A DNA stretch of 61,672 bases, filler included, from Basidiobolus ranarum (lineage: Eukaryota): the NCBI GenBank assembly GCA_040143965.1. It is 15 parts of 15 records of this genome, joined end to end, with 100 filler letters (N's around TTAATTAATTAA, not from the genome) between each part and the next. Parts side by side here need not be neighbours in the genome. Positions count along the whole stretch, not along the records: positions 49,445 to 53,454 come from JASJQH010009037.1; positions 53,555 to 57,563 come from JASJQH010009038.1; positions 57,664 to 61,672 come from JASJQH010009039.1; 12 more parts are not named here. One strand, 5' to 3'. The position numbers were made by a program, and so were the translations under genes. The notes under the pieces were generated by a model, which saw nothing but the letters and a program-made list of their open reading frames with translations, was not told the origin of the DNA and made no database searches. Below are positions 49,445 through 61,672 of the stretch, piece after piece (positions within the stretch are counted from its first letter, which is position 1; every line of letters begins with the position of its first letter).

Positions 49445-51815
49445 ATATATATAAAATATTTGTTCCGATTTGCAGCTAAGTGACATTTGACTAAATAATA
49501 TTGACTAACTAATATGTGATATATGAAATAGTTAGGTGTATAAAGATAGGGATAACATATATGATAAAGACAATAAACTTCAACAATGATTGGTCAGGTT
49601 TCATGGAATGTTCCAAAGAACATGACTTCCATATAAGGTAATCTGGATGAACTGACACCAGATTGCTGAGAAGGGATGGCACAGTAGATTTGATGTCATA
49701 ATCTAATAATAGAAGAGTTCCATATGCAGTGGATCAGTATGCCGAGATCAGAATCATGACAGATATCTGGGAAGAGCTTAATACAGAGTGGCACCATGTT
49801 GCAGGATATCTGCCAGTTAGCTGAAAGAATGTTAATTCAGCAATATTAATACAACGGTGGGCTTTGATGGAGATATTGATACAAACTTGTGTTGGGCATG
49901 AGCTAAACCTTGGGTATAAAAACTCTAAGAAAATATGGAGGAGAATAAATCAAAGAAACTAGGAATTTTGAAGGTGAAAAATCAGCATTCAATTTGTAAA
50001 TGTGTAAAATTTGAGTTATATTTTTTGCACATGCATTGATCCATAGTTCTCTGAGATTGAAGCCAATCAAGTGCAACTAATTTTCAAGAACTTGAAACTT
50101 CACTCCTGAAACTGAAAAAATGGATTACAAAGATATATATTTTGATGATTTTATAAATAGTTAATCCCAAATGGATTAAAATTGTGATGGTTTTCCTACA
50201 ATAACAATCCTCAAATTTCTGTAAGGGACTCTAGTTATATCAAACCATTACTTTTGACCAAAGACACACTTTAAAGGTGGCTTTGTTATCATTATACATG
50301 TTAGATATTACAACCAGAATCTGAAAAGTAAAGGTGTCTTTGCAAACACATATGATGATGCCTTAGCATTGGCTCTGGATGGTCTGTAACAAATCAAATG
50401 TAGCGTTGGAAAGGCTTGCTAGCCAATAATCTTAATAAACTAAGCTTTTCCTCCTTCCAAACAGTATAAAAGTCATAATACTTTGATACAATTCATCATA
50501 TCTAGACCTAAATCACTGTTCCTTATACCCTAACAAGAATAAAAGCAATTTGATCCAAAGCTGATCCACCCTCTGAAACAGCAAGACTGTCAGAGAACTG
50601 TCACAATATTGGAGGCTTGCATTCTGCCAGGGATTTTGATGGTGTAATGGTTGTTTCTTAGTATTTTGACAGTATTCATACATGTTAAAATAGTGATCCT
50701 CAAATTTGGCATGCATTATTCAATATCCAGCAATTTTTGCAAAAATATCATTTTCAAATGGCAAATTACTGGGTTTACTGCTGTAGGAATTTGAATTAAT
50801 AAGCATGCCTTTATTTAAATATTTTAGCCTTTGTATTCCCACCATTATGAGAATCAAAAAATACAGGAATCTCATTGTGTGTAGTCCCTACATATGCATA
50901 TACCTGACTGATTGGACATAACTCAACAACATCAATATGCTTTAACAGCAAACTAATGGTGCATAAATCGCTAAACATCTGAAATTTTGAATAGCACTGA
51001 CACTTGGCAAATAGCTGACTCTTGTTGCCATTCACAATTAGAATAAGCTCTTGGATTTTGGCAGATTTCCGTAAAGAATTCAGCCCATGTATCCCCAACT
51101 TGCAGTCAACAAATGTCCTGCCACAAGCAGATGTGTCATTTTTTGAATAGATTACCCCATGGTTATGACAATAATACTGCATTTCTTGATCTTTCTCACC
51201 AAGAAGTCTGTCTTGCAGCTTTCATAAAAATACCATCAGATTATTACATAAACAAATTAGTCCAAATTATAGAGGTACTTACTCTGTGTCCATGAGTTGG
51301 GCTTTGTTAATGTTATTATACTCAAACAATACAGAAACCCATGAGCACATTGAAAAGAGCCCTTTGTTGGAATGTTAATATACTCTGGAGTCTCCTTAAC
51401 TCATTGCATTTTCATCCATCACTGATTTTGCTGATACATTGTTAATCAGATTAGCATACAGTTATACTGACAATGTCACTTGGAGCATCATTTCACCGCA
51501 GGTGCATACCACAGGTGCACTCCATTGGGAACTCCCAGAATGTATAGCAAGGGCCTATAGTCTCTAAGCATTGTGAAAGCTGCAGCAGGGAATGTATTGA
51601 ATACCAGCATAGATTCAATCCTTCTTCTTTAAACCTGTAATAAAGTTTTTCACATCCAATTACAAAATCTTTGCACAGTTGCTGTATAGGCCTGAGATCT
51701 GCCAATGTGGGTTGATGCCACAAAAATATATTAACAATATCAACAAACAACTCCCAATGTTGCCAATACTGATCAGGCAGAACTCTTTTCATGATTCCAC
51801 TTGAATATATACATC
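49445..51815. mobile_element. Nested TE debris: LTR-C end, Gypsy-type LTR piece, DNA-transposon terminus and CACTA transposase fragments on both strands
   Basis: 49445-49585 matches the reverse complement of 1637-1780; 49590-49761 matches 6078-6249; 49762-50227 matches the reverse complement of 3485-3960; 50240-50515 matches 4130-4325; 50640-51815 (minus) matches 4970-6600. Confidence 0.85.
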
Positions 51816-53554
51816 CTCTTGGTGGTACTTTATCAACTCTTTGCTCTTTGTCAAAACAGGAGAAACATCACAGACTCTTCCAAGATGAAATTGCTGTCAA
51901 TGGGTACTACTAGCTAATGAAGCAACTTGTGGGCTCTTGCCCTTATTGGAGGTGTTACCTCAATTCTAGTGGTGAGTTCTATAGATTTGTCTAGTGAAAT
52001 AGATACCTTGTCAAGAGCTTCTTTGACTTAGAGTGAGCTAGTACATTTATGCAATGATCTGGACTGCTCCAATCCAACTTCTAGAATATCCTCTGATTCA
52101 ATAAATAGTTATATTTTTCTCTTTACTCCTCTGTTGATTACTCTTGCCACAGTGCCCTGAAATTATATTTTGAACTCTGCAACCTCCATCAACAGTTACT
52201 GCAAAGTCTCATGGCACTGTGATAGACTTCTATTAAGAACATCTTATGTCTGTAAAGTTGTGGTGGCAACAGCAACTTGTGGTCCATACAGACACAACTG
52301 CATTTGTAACTTTGCATTCCTAGAATCAAAATTCCTATTTCTCATTTCACACTTTCTATCCTCATAAGTTATTCTGTATATTTTCTTGCAGACTTCCAAA
52401 GGCATAAAGATATAGTATTTTCTCCAATATGAACTGAAAGTTGCTTCCCCCTTTGTCAAATGCCCCTTCCCTTGTGTTTTCCAAGTTTATCAACTACTCC
52501 CATATTTCCAAGCAAGAACTCATACTGCTTTGTGCCACTTACAACTTCATTTGACTACTCATGCAAAATTTTGGAAGAGGTTGCTTCCTGTACCAAAGTA
52601 GGTTGTGAATGAGGCAGAATCTACTCTGACATGATACTTAACTACCATATATCTAAGTGATGTTAGAATTTTGTGGTTTCAATCAGAATTAAGGATATTC
52701 TCATAATATGGGTTAAAATGTCAAAGTTTATTCCCTATAGTGTTATCCAGCATAATTCATTCTGCATTGAACTGTTTCAATATGTATATCTAATAAATTG
52801 ATACAGATCAAACTACAATTAACTTTGTGGATGCAGTTAATTATACAATTTCCATGCAATTTCACATAGTTGAAATAATTAAGGCAATTAATGTAAGCAG
52901 GAATGTTGTTATGCAAAATGTAGGGAACTTTACAGTGATGATCAAAATTCTTACGTTAATATCTTATCAAGCCGGATCAATCAATATTGCACTAGCCCAA
53001 AAAAAGAATAGTATTCTGCTCTCTATCTACTCTAAATGGTCATTCCTTGTTAATCTAAAAGAACCTATTGGCTCTCATGTCACCATCTTAGAAGCTATCT
53101 TTGAAAATATTATAAATCATATAATCCAATACCTTGCATAAGGCAGCTAGTCAAATTATCTGGTTACTATAATAACTAATGTTAAATCAGGTTTGAGTGC
53201 ATCATTAATGGTGCTAAAGTGGGAGAAGCTTCCATACCAGACTTCAAGTCATTAAGGATCATGTAGCCTCAGTGATGATAGATGTTGAAGGTGCCAGGGA
53301 CAAAAGATTCAAATGCTCTATTTTCCTTCCATTTCCTGGGGTATTTCTCAATCGAGTTCATAAGTAGTATTCCTAACACATTCCCCATGAGAAATGACAG
53401 GCCCAATAAAAACCAAAAGCTATTCTATTCTGGCAAGTACAAAGCCCACTGTGTNNNNNNNNNNNNNNNNNNNNNNNNNNNNNNNNNNNNNNNNNNNNTT
53501 AATTAATTAANNNNNNNNNNNNNNNNNNNNNNNNNNNNNNNNNNNNNNNNNNNN

Positions 53555-53720
53555 CAATTTGAAATATCGGCTTCGCATGGGAGTATCCACCATAATGAGA
53601 TGAGAGAAAGATCTTTCTTGGTTGATGCCAGGTTTGGTTCAATAGGCTCTGGCTTGTCGTTTGGCTTACTGTAAACAGGGCGATAACTGTGGATAGGATG
53701 AGTAGTTCGGTTGCTTTCAT
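53555..53720 (-). CDS. UDP-glycosyltransferase tandem paralogue, 5' end only
   Basis: MKATELLILSTVIALFTVSQTTSQSLLNQTWHQPRKIFLSSHYGGYSHAKPIFQI is nearly identical to the N-terminus of the gene starting at 56314. Confidence 0.9.
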
Positions 53721-53990
53721 GTTGAATAGAGGTTGACCTTCATCATTAGAGTGGCTTTATATTGTAAAATCACCATGTTTCATCATTATTTCATGGATCC
53801 ATCGTACTTCGTATTCGTGGTTCATGTTGAATGATACAGACTCACCTAAGATATGATCCACATCATTACTATCCATGTCATTACTCTAAAATCAGATAAA
53901 ACTTAACTTTGATGCTACGTGAGCATGATTATCACACGCCATATCATTGGCTTGGTGTGATATGAAATGCAATTTACTCCTCCGCTAGAA

Positions 53991-54007
53991 CGGATTATTC
54001 AAAGCCG
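53991..54007. promoter_or_regulatory. CGG-N11-CCG Zn(II)2Cys6-type site upstream of the UGT paralogue
   Basis: CGGATTATTCAAAGCCG; conserved with the same spacing upstream of the other UGT copy. Confidence 0.5.
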
Positions 54008-54552
54008 TACAGGCGCCGAGTTGCATCAGCTCCCAGAATCCGCAATTCAAGGGGGGGGGAATGAAGATGGTAATGTTCCTGTCGATCGCACGAATATGAA
54101 GCGGGATGGTCAAACGTTGATGACCAGTAGTCGGATTGAAAAGCACAATATCCATACGAATACTCCCTACCCCATTGTCCTATACGCTGATGATTAAACA
54201 TTAATCGAACACTATCTCAGAGATTAATCGGCATCCATAACCTGTTATTAAAAAAGCGAATTCATGTAAGACCAATTTTAATCTACAAATGATTTGCCAG
54301 TACCCGAGAATGACCTGCCAAATATTAGAGATTGTCAGGGAATAGTTTGGCGAATGCCTGATCCCATAAGAGACTAACACATATTCTGGTGTAAACCCCA
54401 TACCAAATGTCATGGTTAATGCATGGTAGCTATCCGTTGGACGTTAAAATAAAGTTTCATCTGTTTATTCAGTAATCAATTGACTAATTGGTCATTAATA
54501 TTGGAAGAGAAGTAGGTGAGTTATAATTACATGAGAGGTGCATACATCTACT

Positions 54553-56314
54553 TCACAGTTTCTTTACTTTAGTAGGTTGAGTGGTTAGATTCAAGGCATT
54601 AATGAACCATATAGCGGAGTTCACAAATATCCCAGATAAGCCCACAAGTATGGCAAATAATATAAGGTACAAATCATAATTATGAGCCTTCCAAAAGCTC
54701 ATTCGAGATTCGGGAGTTTGGAATAGCCTCTTGGTTGGATCATCTTCTGGTTTGGTGAAGATCAAGTGTTCAGCTACATCTGCCGCATGGTTAATTCGTT
54801 TGGAGTTTATATGAGCCAGGATTTGCATGTGTTGTACACTCCTCTCAAATTTTCCATCGTTGTCCTCAACTAGTTGTGTTGTTTTTTCAATCATTTCCGC
54901 TGATGTGAAGGTTCTTAAATTCATCAGTATAGAGACACCGGAAGCTTCAAGATTGCCAGCATTATAAAAATGATCGCCGAAAACCGGTAAACTTAGTACC
55001 TTAGTACCAGTAAGCAATGCCTCATTCGAACTATCCAAACCACCGTGTGAAATAAATAGAATAGTGCTGGGATGTGATAAGATGGAAAATTGGGGGGCGA
55101 ATTTGAGAATTCTAATGTCGCGATGTTCATTATTCAGAACCTTTCGTGTCGAGATGGTCGAGTTGTTGATTTGCATCTCTGACGGGAAATCATCCTCGGA
55201 TGTTTGTGTAAGTGGCCATATAACCCCATCAATTACTCCGTCATCAAGTAAATGCAAAACGCTTCTCAATATCTTCTCCACAGAGGCGGTGTCAAGATTT
55301 GCAACTGTACCAAATGCTATGTAAACGACCTTCTGTCGCTCACCAAGGAATGACGACAGTTCTGGTGTCAATGGTGGATACTCACGAGACATCAAGGGGC
55401 CAATGAGGTGTACATTGGGTGGCAAGTGTTTTGGACTCTAGAGAGCAGGGTTAATATCTGGTTGAGTCTTGGCCAATCATAGTGGATACCTACCTCGACT
55501 CCGAAAAAGCTATTGGCGAAGATAATACCTTTATCCATATTGTTAAAGCCAAATTCCTTACGAGCCACACCACCAATGCTAACTCGATCTTCATTTACTT
55601 TTCGAGCAAGTTTCCATTCCTTCCAGAAGTATAGTATTTCGTTGATGATATTAGTTCGGAGCCGATCCAAAATTCCTGGCTCTTGTGTTGGGATGGGTGA
55701 GAGATCTAGAAAAGTAGAGATATATCCAGATGCCGAATGCACTAAATAGATATCAGTATTGAAGCCAAATAATATTGATATAAAAAAGGCTTACATAATG
55801 CCAGAGAAGGAAGTTGTACAGTGAACGGAATGTCTAAGTGATGAGCAGCATCAATGCAACCAAAGTTAAAGACATCGCACATAACCAGGTCGGGTTTTTC
55901 TTTGTTGAATACTTTAAATAACTGCATGTAGGATGACTTATATGAAACAGGCCAGATTATATTGACTAGTTCGTGAATATCCATTATAGGCTTCAGTACG
56001 ACATTCTGCATCAATTTCCTGCCTTCATCTAAAGGTACGGGTAACTCGCCCATTGGTATTTTCTCGAATCCCCAAGGCTTTGCTAGATCTAGGAAAAAGT
56101 CATAGCTTACGAAGGTTACTTCATGACCACGCTCTTTCAGAGCTGTACCAATCTGAAATATCGGTTTTGCATGAGAATATCCACCATAATGAGATGAGAT
56201 AAAGACCTTTCTCGGTTGGTGCCAGGTTTGATTCAATAGGCTCTGGCTTGCCGTCTGGCTTGCTGTAGCCAGAGTGACGAGTGTGGATAAGACGAGTAGT
56301 TCAGTTGATTTCAT
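54553..56314 (-). CDS. GT1 UDP-glucuronosyl/glucosyltransferase, type I ER membrane form; 3 exons, 550 aa
   Basis: Exons 56314-55795, 55741-55494 and 55437-54553 (GT-AG, in phase). Signal peptide, SH catalytic motif, signature FAPQFSILSHPSTILFISHGGLDSSNEALLTG...LPVFGDHFYNA, C-terminal TM helix and KVKKL. Confidence 0.95.
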
Positions 56315-56598
56315 GGTGAATTGAGGTTGTTCTCAAAGTCCAGTGTGCCTTTATACAGTCTCATTCAAAAACTTGAATTCCTTGGCCATTCTAGATATCG
56401 AAAGATACAAATACAATGTAAAGCAATCAAGAAAAAATCAGATAAAAATATGCCAAGTGTAACTCTAGAGACACACAGACAAACTGTGTAAGAATCATCA
56501 TATGTAAAGCTTAACTCTGGTACTACATAAACAAGCTTCGCACACAGCATATGATTGGTTTGGTTTAATATGAAATGCAATCTACTCTACGGCAAGAA

Positions 56599-56615
56599 CG
56601 GATTATTTGAAGCCG
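56599..56615. promoter_or_regulatory. CGG-N11-CCG Zn(II)2Cys6-type site upstream of the UGT
   Basis: CGGATTATTTGAAGCCG, about 285 nt upstream of the ATG, inside a block shared with 53945-54090. Confidence 0.5.
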
Positions 56616-57663
56616 TACAAAACCGAGCTGCATCAGTATATGGAATCCGCAGTCTGAGGTGGGTCAGCTTTTAAAAAAGGCAGTGCTCCTGTTGATCGCG
56701 AGTAGATGGAGTAATCTTCGTAGTTCCTAAGGTAGTAATAGTTGCAGCATGATGCTTGAATTTCCATTTGGGTTACTCAAAGTTACAGTAATAGCAGAGA
56801 GGCTTAGACATCGATTTAAGTATATTTATACAACCTTCAACTATATATGATCCAACTGTTATCAGATTCTAGTTGTAGTCAGAATATTTAATTAGAAATA
56901 CTCATTCGTTATCAGATCTTATTGATTTGATATGATTTCACAACAGTAAGTTCCTTTTTCTTGTAGCAAATTACTAGGTTACAGTATTCAACTATCAAAT
57001 TTAAATCAAGTTACTAGGTTAGAGTATTCAGCAACCAAATTTAGATGATTGGATCATAAAGCAGGCAGAAAGTATTCGTTGGAATATCAGAGCAAGGCAC
57101 CTTATATTCATATATCGTGCTTAGCATAGTTAATGCTTGCCTTCTGAGCAAAGAGGAAAGTGAAAATCTATTTAGGATGTTTTGAAGAAATATTGATAAA
57201 ATTTCCAAATTCATTCAGAACTGCCCAAACCTTCTCCCCCAACTTTCCAAATACCTTAGTAACACAATTTGGTAGCTATTTCAATAAAGCCACAAATGCA
57301 AATTTCATATTTCTTGAGTAGATATGTAGCCACAGTATGCTATTGGGATCTGAACCATTTATACGTTGCTCAAGGTTTGGTATTAGTGCTTTATGTATAT
57401 ATTTAACAAGACTCCTATAGTAATTATACGGTTGATTTCCATTTCATTACATTCATGTACTTGTCTTATGCAAGTAGTAATTTGGTCCCGGCGAAGGACT
57501 GAAAGCTCACCAGAATAGTAGGAATGAGCACCATCCCTATATCTTTGGTATGCAAGCATCAAANNNNNNNNNNNNNNNNNNNNNNNNNNNNNNNNNNNNN
57601 NNNNNNNTTAATTAATTAANNNNNNNNNNNNNNNNNNNNNNNNNNNNNNNNNNNNNNNNNNNN

Positions 57664-59560
57664 TTAATTGAGTGCAGAGATGTGATTTTTGATGAAAAAG
57701 CAAATTTTTCACCTCAAATCACAGTTCTTGATCCAGAAAACACAATCAGCACTATTCAGGAAGTGTCTGACAAATTTCTAGCTGTATCTGAGCCCTATTG
57801 AACCAACATTTCAGTTCCAATTACATCAAAGGATGATTCAGGACCCAGACAATCATCCAGAAGGAGATATAAACCAGGAAACAGGGGGAACACTTCCAAT
57901 GATGATGTATATGCTTATGCAGCATTTTGTGACAAGCCACTGACTATAGATCAAGCTCAGGAGTGTCCAGCATCAAAATTGTGGGAAAAAGCAATGTCCA
58001 ATGAGTTTTCTTCACTTCAGGAAAATAAAACATGGGTTTTAAGTCCTCTTCCATCAGGGAGAAACCCAATAGATTGCAAATGGGTCTACAAAGGCAACAA
58101 CTGAGTTGATGGAACCATAGAAAGTTACAAAGCAAGATTAGTTGCTAAAGGCTATTCCCAGACTCCTGGAGTTGATTTTAATGAAATATTTGCTCCAGTA
58201 GCTACATTTAGCTCCATTAGATCAATCCTGGCATTCTCAGCCATCCATAGCCTTGATCTATATCAAACAGATGTAAAACAGCCTTTCTGAATGAAAGTCT
58301 ATAAGAAGAGATCTATTTGTAGCAACCAGATGAATTTGTTGACCGAAAACATCCTGATATGATCTGTAAGCTGCAGAAATTGCTCTATGGACTCATGCAA
58401 GCACCCAGGGCATGGTACAACAAAATAGTGCTTAATTAGAATATCTGGAATTCCAAAAATACATAGCAGATCACAGTATTTACATCAAAACAACCAGAAA
58501 TAGGATCCTTATCTTGGCACTATATGTGGATGACTTAATCATAGCCACAAATGGTTTAGAAGCACTTAATCACACAAAAAGAGCTTATCAAACCAATTTT
58601 GGATGACTGATATGGGTGAATTAAGTTGTTTTCTTGGAATTCAAATCAAGATAGATAAACCCAATCAGAAAATCATGCTGAATCAGTCTAGATACATCCT
58701 AGACATCCTAAAACATTTCAACATGGAGAATAGCAAGCCTGTATCAATACCAATGGATCCCATTGTTATATTAATTAAAATTTCATCTGATGTGGCCCAA
58801 AATGACTCAAATCAAAGCCAGGAGTTCCCTTATCAATCCATGGTTGGTAGTTTAATGTATACAATGGTTGGAACATATCCAGACATTGCTGTGGCAGTGG
58901 GAACAGTCAGCCAATACCTCAAAAATCCATGTTCTGAGCACAAAACTGTGCCATTACTGTGATCAAAGATAATCAAAGTGGTATTTCATTAGCTAAAAAC
59001 CCTACATTTCATGCTAGAACAAAACACATAGATATCAGGCATTATTTTGTTAGAGAAGCAAAAGATAAAGACATAATTGAACTTGTCTATTGCCCTACTG
59101 AAGAAATGATAGCTGCTATCTTAACCAAACCTTTAGCTAGAGCACAATTTGAATTATTAAGATATAAGTTAGGTTGAAGAGAAATACAAAATAATTAGTT
59201 GAGTAGGAATGTTGAAATTAGGTAAATAGCCACTCATTATTTATTAGTTTGTTTATTCATATTCTGATTATTTAGCACTCAATTCTGTCATTCAAAAATG
59301 TGTGTTTATTGCTCCAACTGATAGAAATATCAATTAGATCACTTTACCTATTTTCACTATTTTCTCAAAACTTCTCCAAATCATCTCAAACATTCACCCA
59401 TGCTTTGCAGGCATGTTTGTTATGCTCTGAGCATGTCCGATAGTCCTATTTCATAGTAAACTACAACTAGGACACATTCAATTCAATAAAACTTAAGTAT
59501 TTAATTCACAAATCCAAGTCTTATCCAAAACACTTCCAATTCCCCTAAACACTTTTATCA
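57664..59560 (+). mobile_element. Ty1/Copia 3' half (RT, RNaseH, PPT, 3' LTR-B at 59210-59560), degenerate
   Basis: [27 protein letters not shown] and DNQSGISLAKNPTFHARTKHIDIRHYFVRE; PPT AGTTGAGTAGGAA; LTR TGTTG...TTATCA. Confidence 0.93.
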
Positions 59561-59569
59561 ATGGTGGTA

Positions 59570-61500
59570 AAAATACCATCAGATCACCACACAAGCAAAT
59601 TAGTCTAATTATAGAGATACTTACTCTGTGTCCATGGATTGGGCTTTGTTCCTGTTATTGTGATCAAACAATGCAAAAACCCATAAGCACATTGCAAAGA
59701 GCCCATTGTTGACAGATTAATATATTCTGGAGTCTCCTTAACCCATTGCATTACATCCATCACTGATTTTGCTGATACATTGTTAATCAGATTAGGATAT
59801 AGTAATACTGACAATTTCATATGGAGCATCATTAAATTGCAGGTGCACTCCATTGGGAACCCTGAGAATGTATAACAAGGGCCTATAATCTCTAAGCATT
59901 GTGAAAGATGCAGCAGAAAATGTAATGAATACCAACATAGATTCAGTCTATCTTCTTTAAACCCATAATAAAATTTTTCATATCCATTTACAAAATCTTC
60001 AAACAGTTGTTGTATCTGCCTGAGATCTGCCAATGTGAGTTGATGCTGTAAGAATATGTTAACAATATCCATAAACGACTCCCAATGTGCCAACACTCAT
60101 CAGGCAGAAATCTTTTCAAAATTCCACTTGAATATATACAAATACAATGCTTTTAGTCTTTGCATTTGAATATATGCCTAGATGAGTGGATATTGATGGG
60201 AGTCCTGGTAAAATATGATGGTATCATGACATTTTCAAGTCTTTTCCCAATCAATTCAAACTTTGATCTTATCTCAAATGGCTCATTCATATTGAATTTT
60301 TCACTTTATAGCTGAGGAAGTAGCATTGGAATGTTGTGGAATAGCAAATGCCATAGTGCCTAATGGGAAGCTCTGGCTCCAGCTGATCCCCTTTAGCAAT
60401 ATACTTTTAGGCTTATGACTAATACCAAGTTTGATGTTAGACTGACTATTTGGTGAATCAGTGATCATATCAAAATCTGACTGGGCTCTCAATGGTAAAA
60501 TCATGAAGTTTAGTGTTGTACTTAGATAGCAGTAATGTGTATGCCTGTTGGAGTAACCTCCATTGATTTGACAAAATCTACAGCATGATAGTGCATTGTG
60601 CCTGCAAAAACCTCCAAGTTTGCTGATGGCAGGAGTGTCACCAATACATACTATGACATTAGCTTTAATAAAGTATTCACCCATCTGAACCCCATTAGAT
60701 AACTATTCAAATTCTGCAATCAAAGGCTCCAAGAAGCTATCTATAAGCACTGGTGAACTAGGTCCAGATATCATGGATAGTATCAAAATATTATGACTCT
60801 GGTACCATTAAGAAGAAGGAAGATTTAAGTTGAGTAAAATTATTGGCCAGCAAGCCTTTCCAATGGAATATTTGCTTAGTGAGAAACCATCCAGAGCCAA
60901 TGTAAATCATGATCATATGTGTTCTCAAAGAAACCTTGACTTTTCAGAATCTGGTAGTGATATTTATCAAGTATATGGGTAATACCATCAACTGCAAGGT
61001 TAATATTTGGGTATTAGATCAATGATCTATATTTGGGTGATTTCATCAAAACTTTAAGGTGGGGAAACAACATTATATATGCAAATATGAATGATATTTA
61101 CCTGATTCAATGATTGCCAATTGTATGCAAACAGTACATGCCTTCAGGTTTTCAGATCACCAGTGAAAGCCCAACAACCATTTGGACATGAAGGTAGTTT
61201 AATTACTGAAGGATCATAAGTTATACAATTGACAAGTGTTTTCCACTTGTACCAGGTCTGTGGCAAGCAACAGTTGCCAATCAACTGTGGTAAAGCTGTA
61301 ACAAGACCAATTAACATCTGTTTGCTAAGATTGGATTTAACTCTCCACTTCTCAATAATCAAAGCTGCTTTCTTTAATGTGAGTACAATGAGTGGACTAA
61401 TGCTTGCCAATAACATAGAGCCTGTAACAAAAACTTTGTTCTCTTCTTCAACTTCTGATATGCTAACATCTTTACTGTATTAACCAAGATCTAGCAGCAT
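59570..61500 (-). mobile_element. CACTA/EnSpm Transposase_21 relic
   Basis: SCPNGCWAFTG, ALDGFSL...CWPIIL.NLNLP, IGDTPAISKLGGFCRHNALSCCRFC and HFLLHL...GPCY...FPME. Confidence 0.88.
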
Positions 61501-61672
61501 GTCTTCACAGTTGTCTGGACTTACTGGTTTGACCAAGGATGTGCTTCCACCTACATCATTCTGGTCATATCACTGTGGTAACTCCACAGTTTCTTGACTT
61601 TTTGCAGTGCTACTACAACTTTGAGGCAAAGCACAGCCAGTGGACTAAGTGGGCAAAATAAAGTGGAAATGT

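Noticed and set aside
51820-53454. Possible hAT or DIRS relics (also 500-900 Gypsy gag-like and 35600-36090)
   Set aside because: These regions are CpG-poor and probably TE-derived, but the motifs are too decayed to name a family.
4030-57663. Regularly spaced TTAATTAATTAA repeat about every 4.1 kb (array-like periodicity)
   Set aside because: It is an artificial six-frame-stop linker inside N runs, and the period only reflects length-sorted contigs. ORFs containing X runs or ending in 'LIN' are artefacts.

Overview
This window is not contiguous genome. It is 15 separate contigs of about 4.0 kb (4029 down to 4009 bp, sorted by length), joined by 14 artificial 100-bp linkers (N44-TTAATTAATTAA-N44), so nothing can be inferred across a linker. 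The DNA is AT-rich and eukaryotic, with short GT..CTAAC..AG introns. Gene content suggests an early-diverging fungus; a Basidiobolus-like organism is my inference. Five contigs are nested transposon debris (Copia, CACTA/Transposase_21, Harbinger-like, solo LTRs) that is almost free of CpG. The other contigs hold a cluster of 8 different intronless tRNAs, an NRPS fragment (T-C-A-T-C), a heme-thiolate peroxidase, a PRPP synthetase, an SSU1/TDT transporter, tandem uricases, tandem membrane-bound UGTs and a GLUT-like pseudogene. Three genes are only visible after splicing or frameshift repair. These are the N-terminal half of a Fanzor1 (eukaryotic TnpB-derived RNA-guided nuclease) pseudogene, a 4-exon YY1/Iec1-like gene with a REPO/2W-hairpin motif, and a SABATH carboxyl-methyltransferase pseudogene. 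All family assignments come from motif recognition by eye; no database searches were run.
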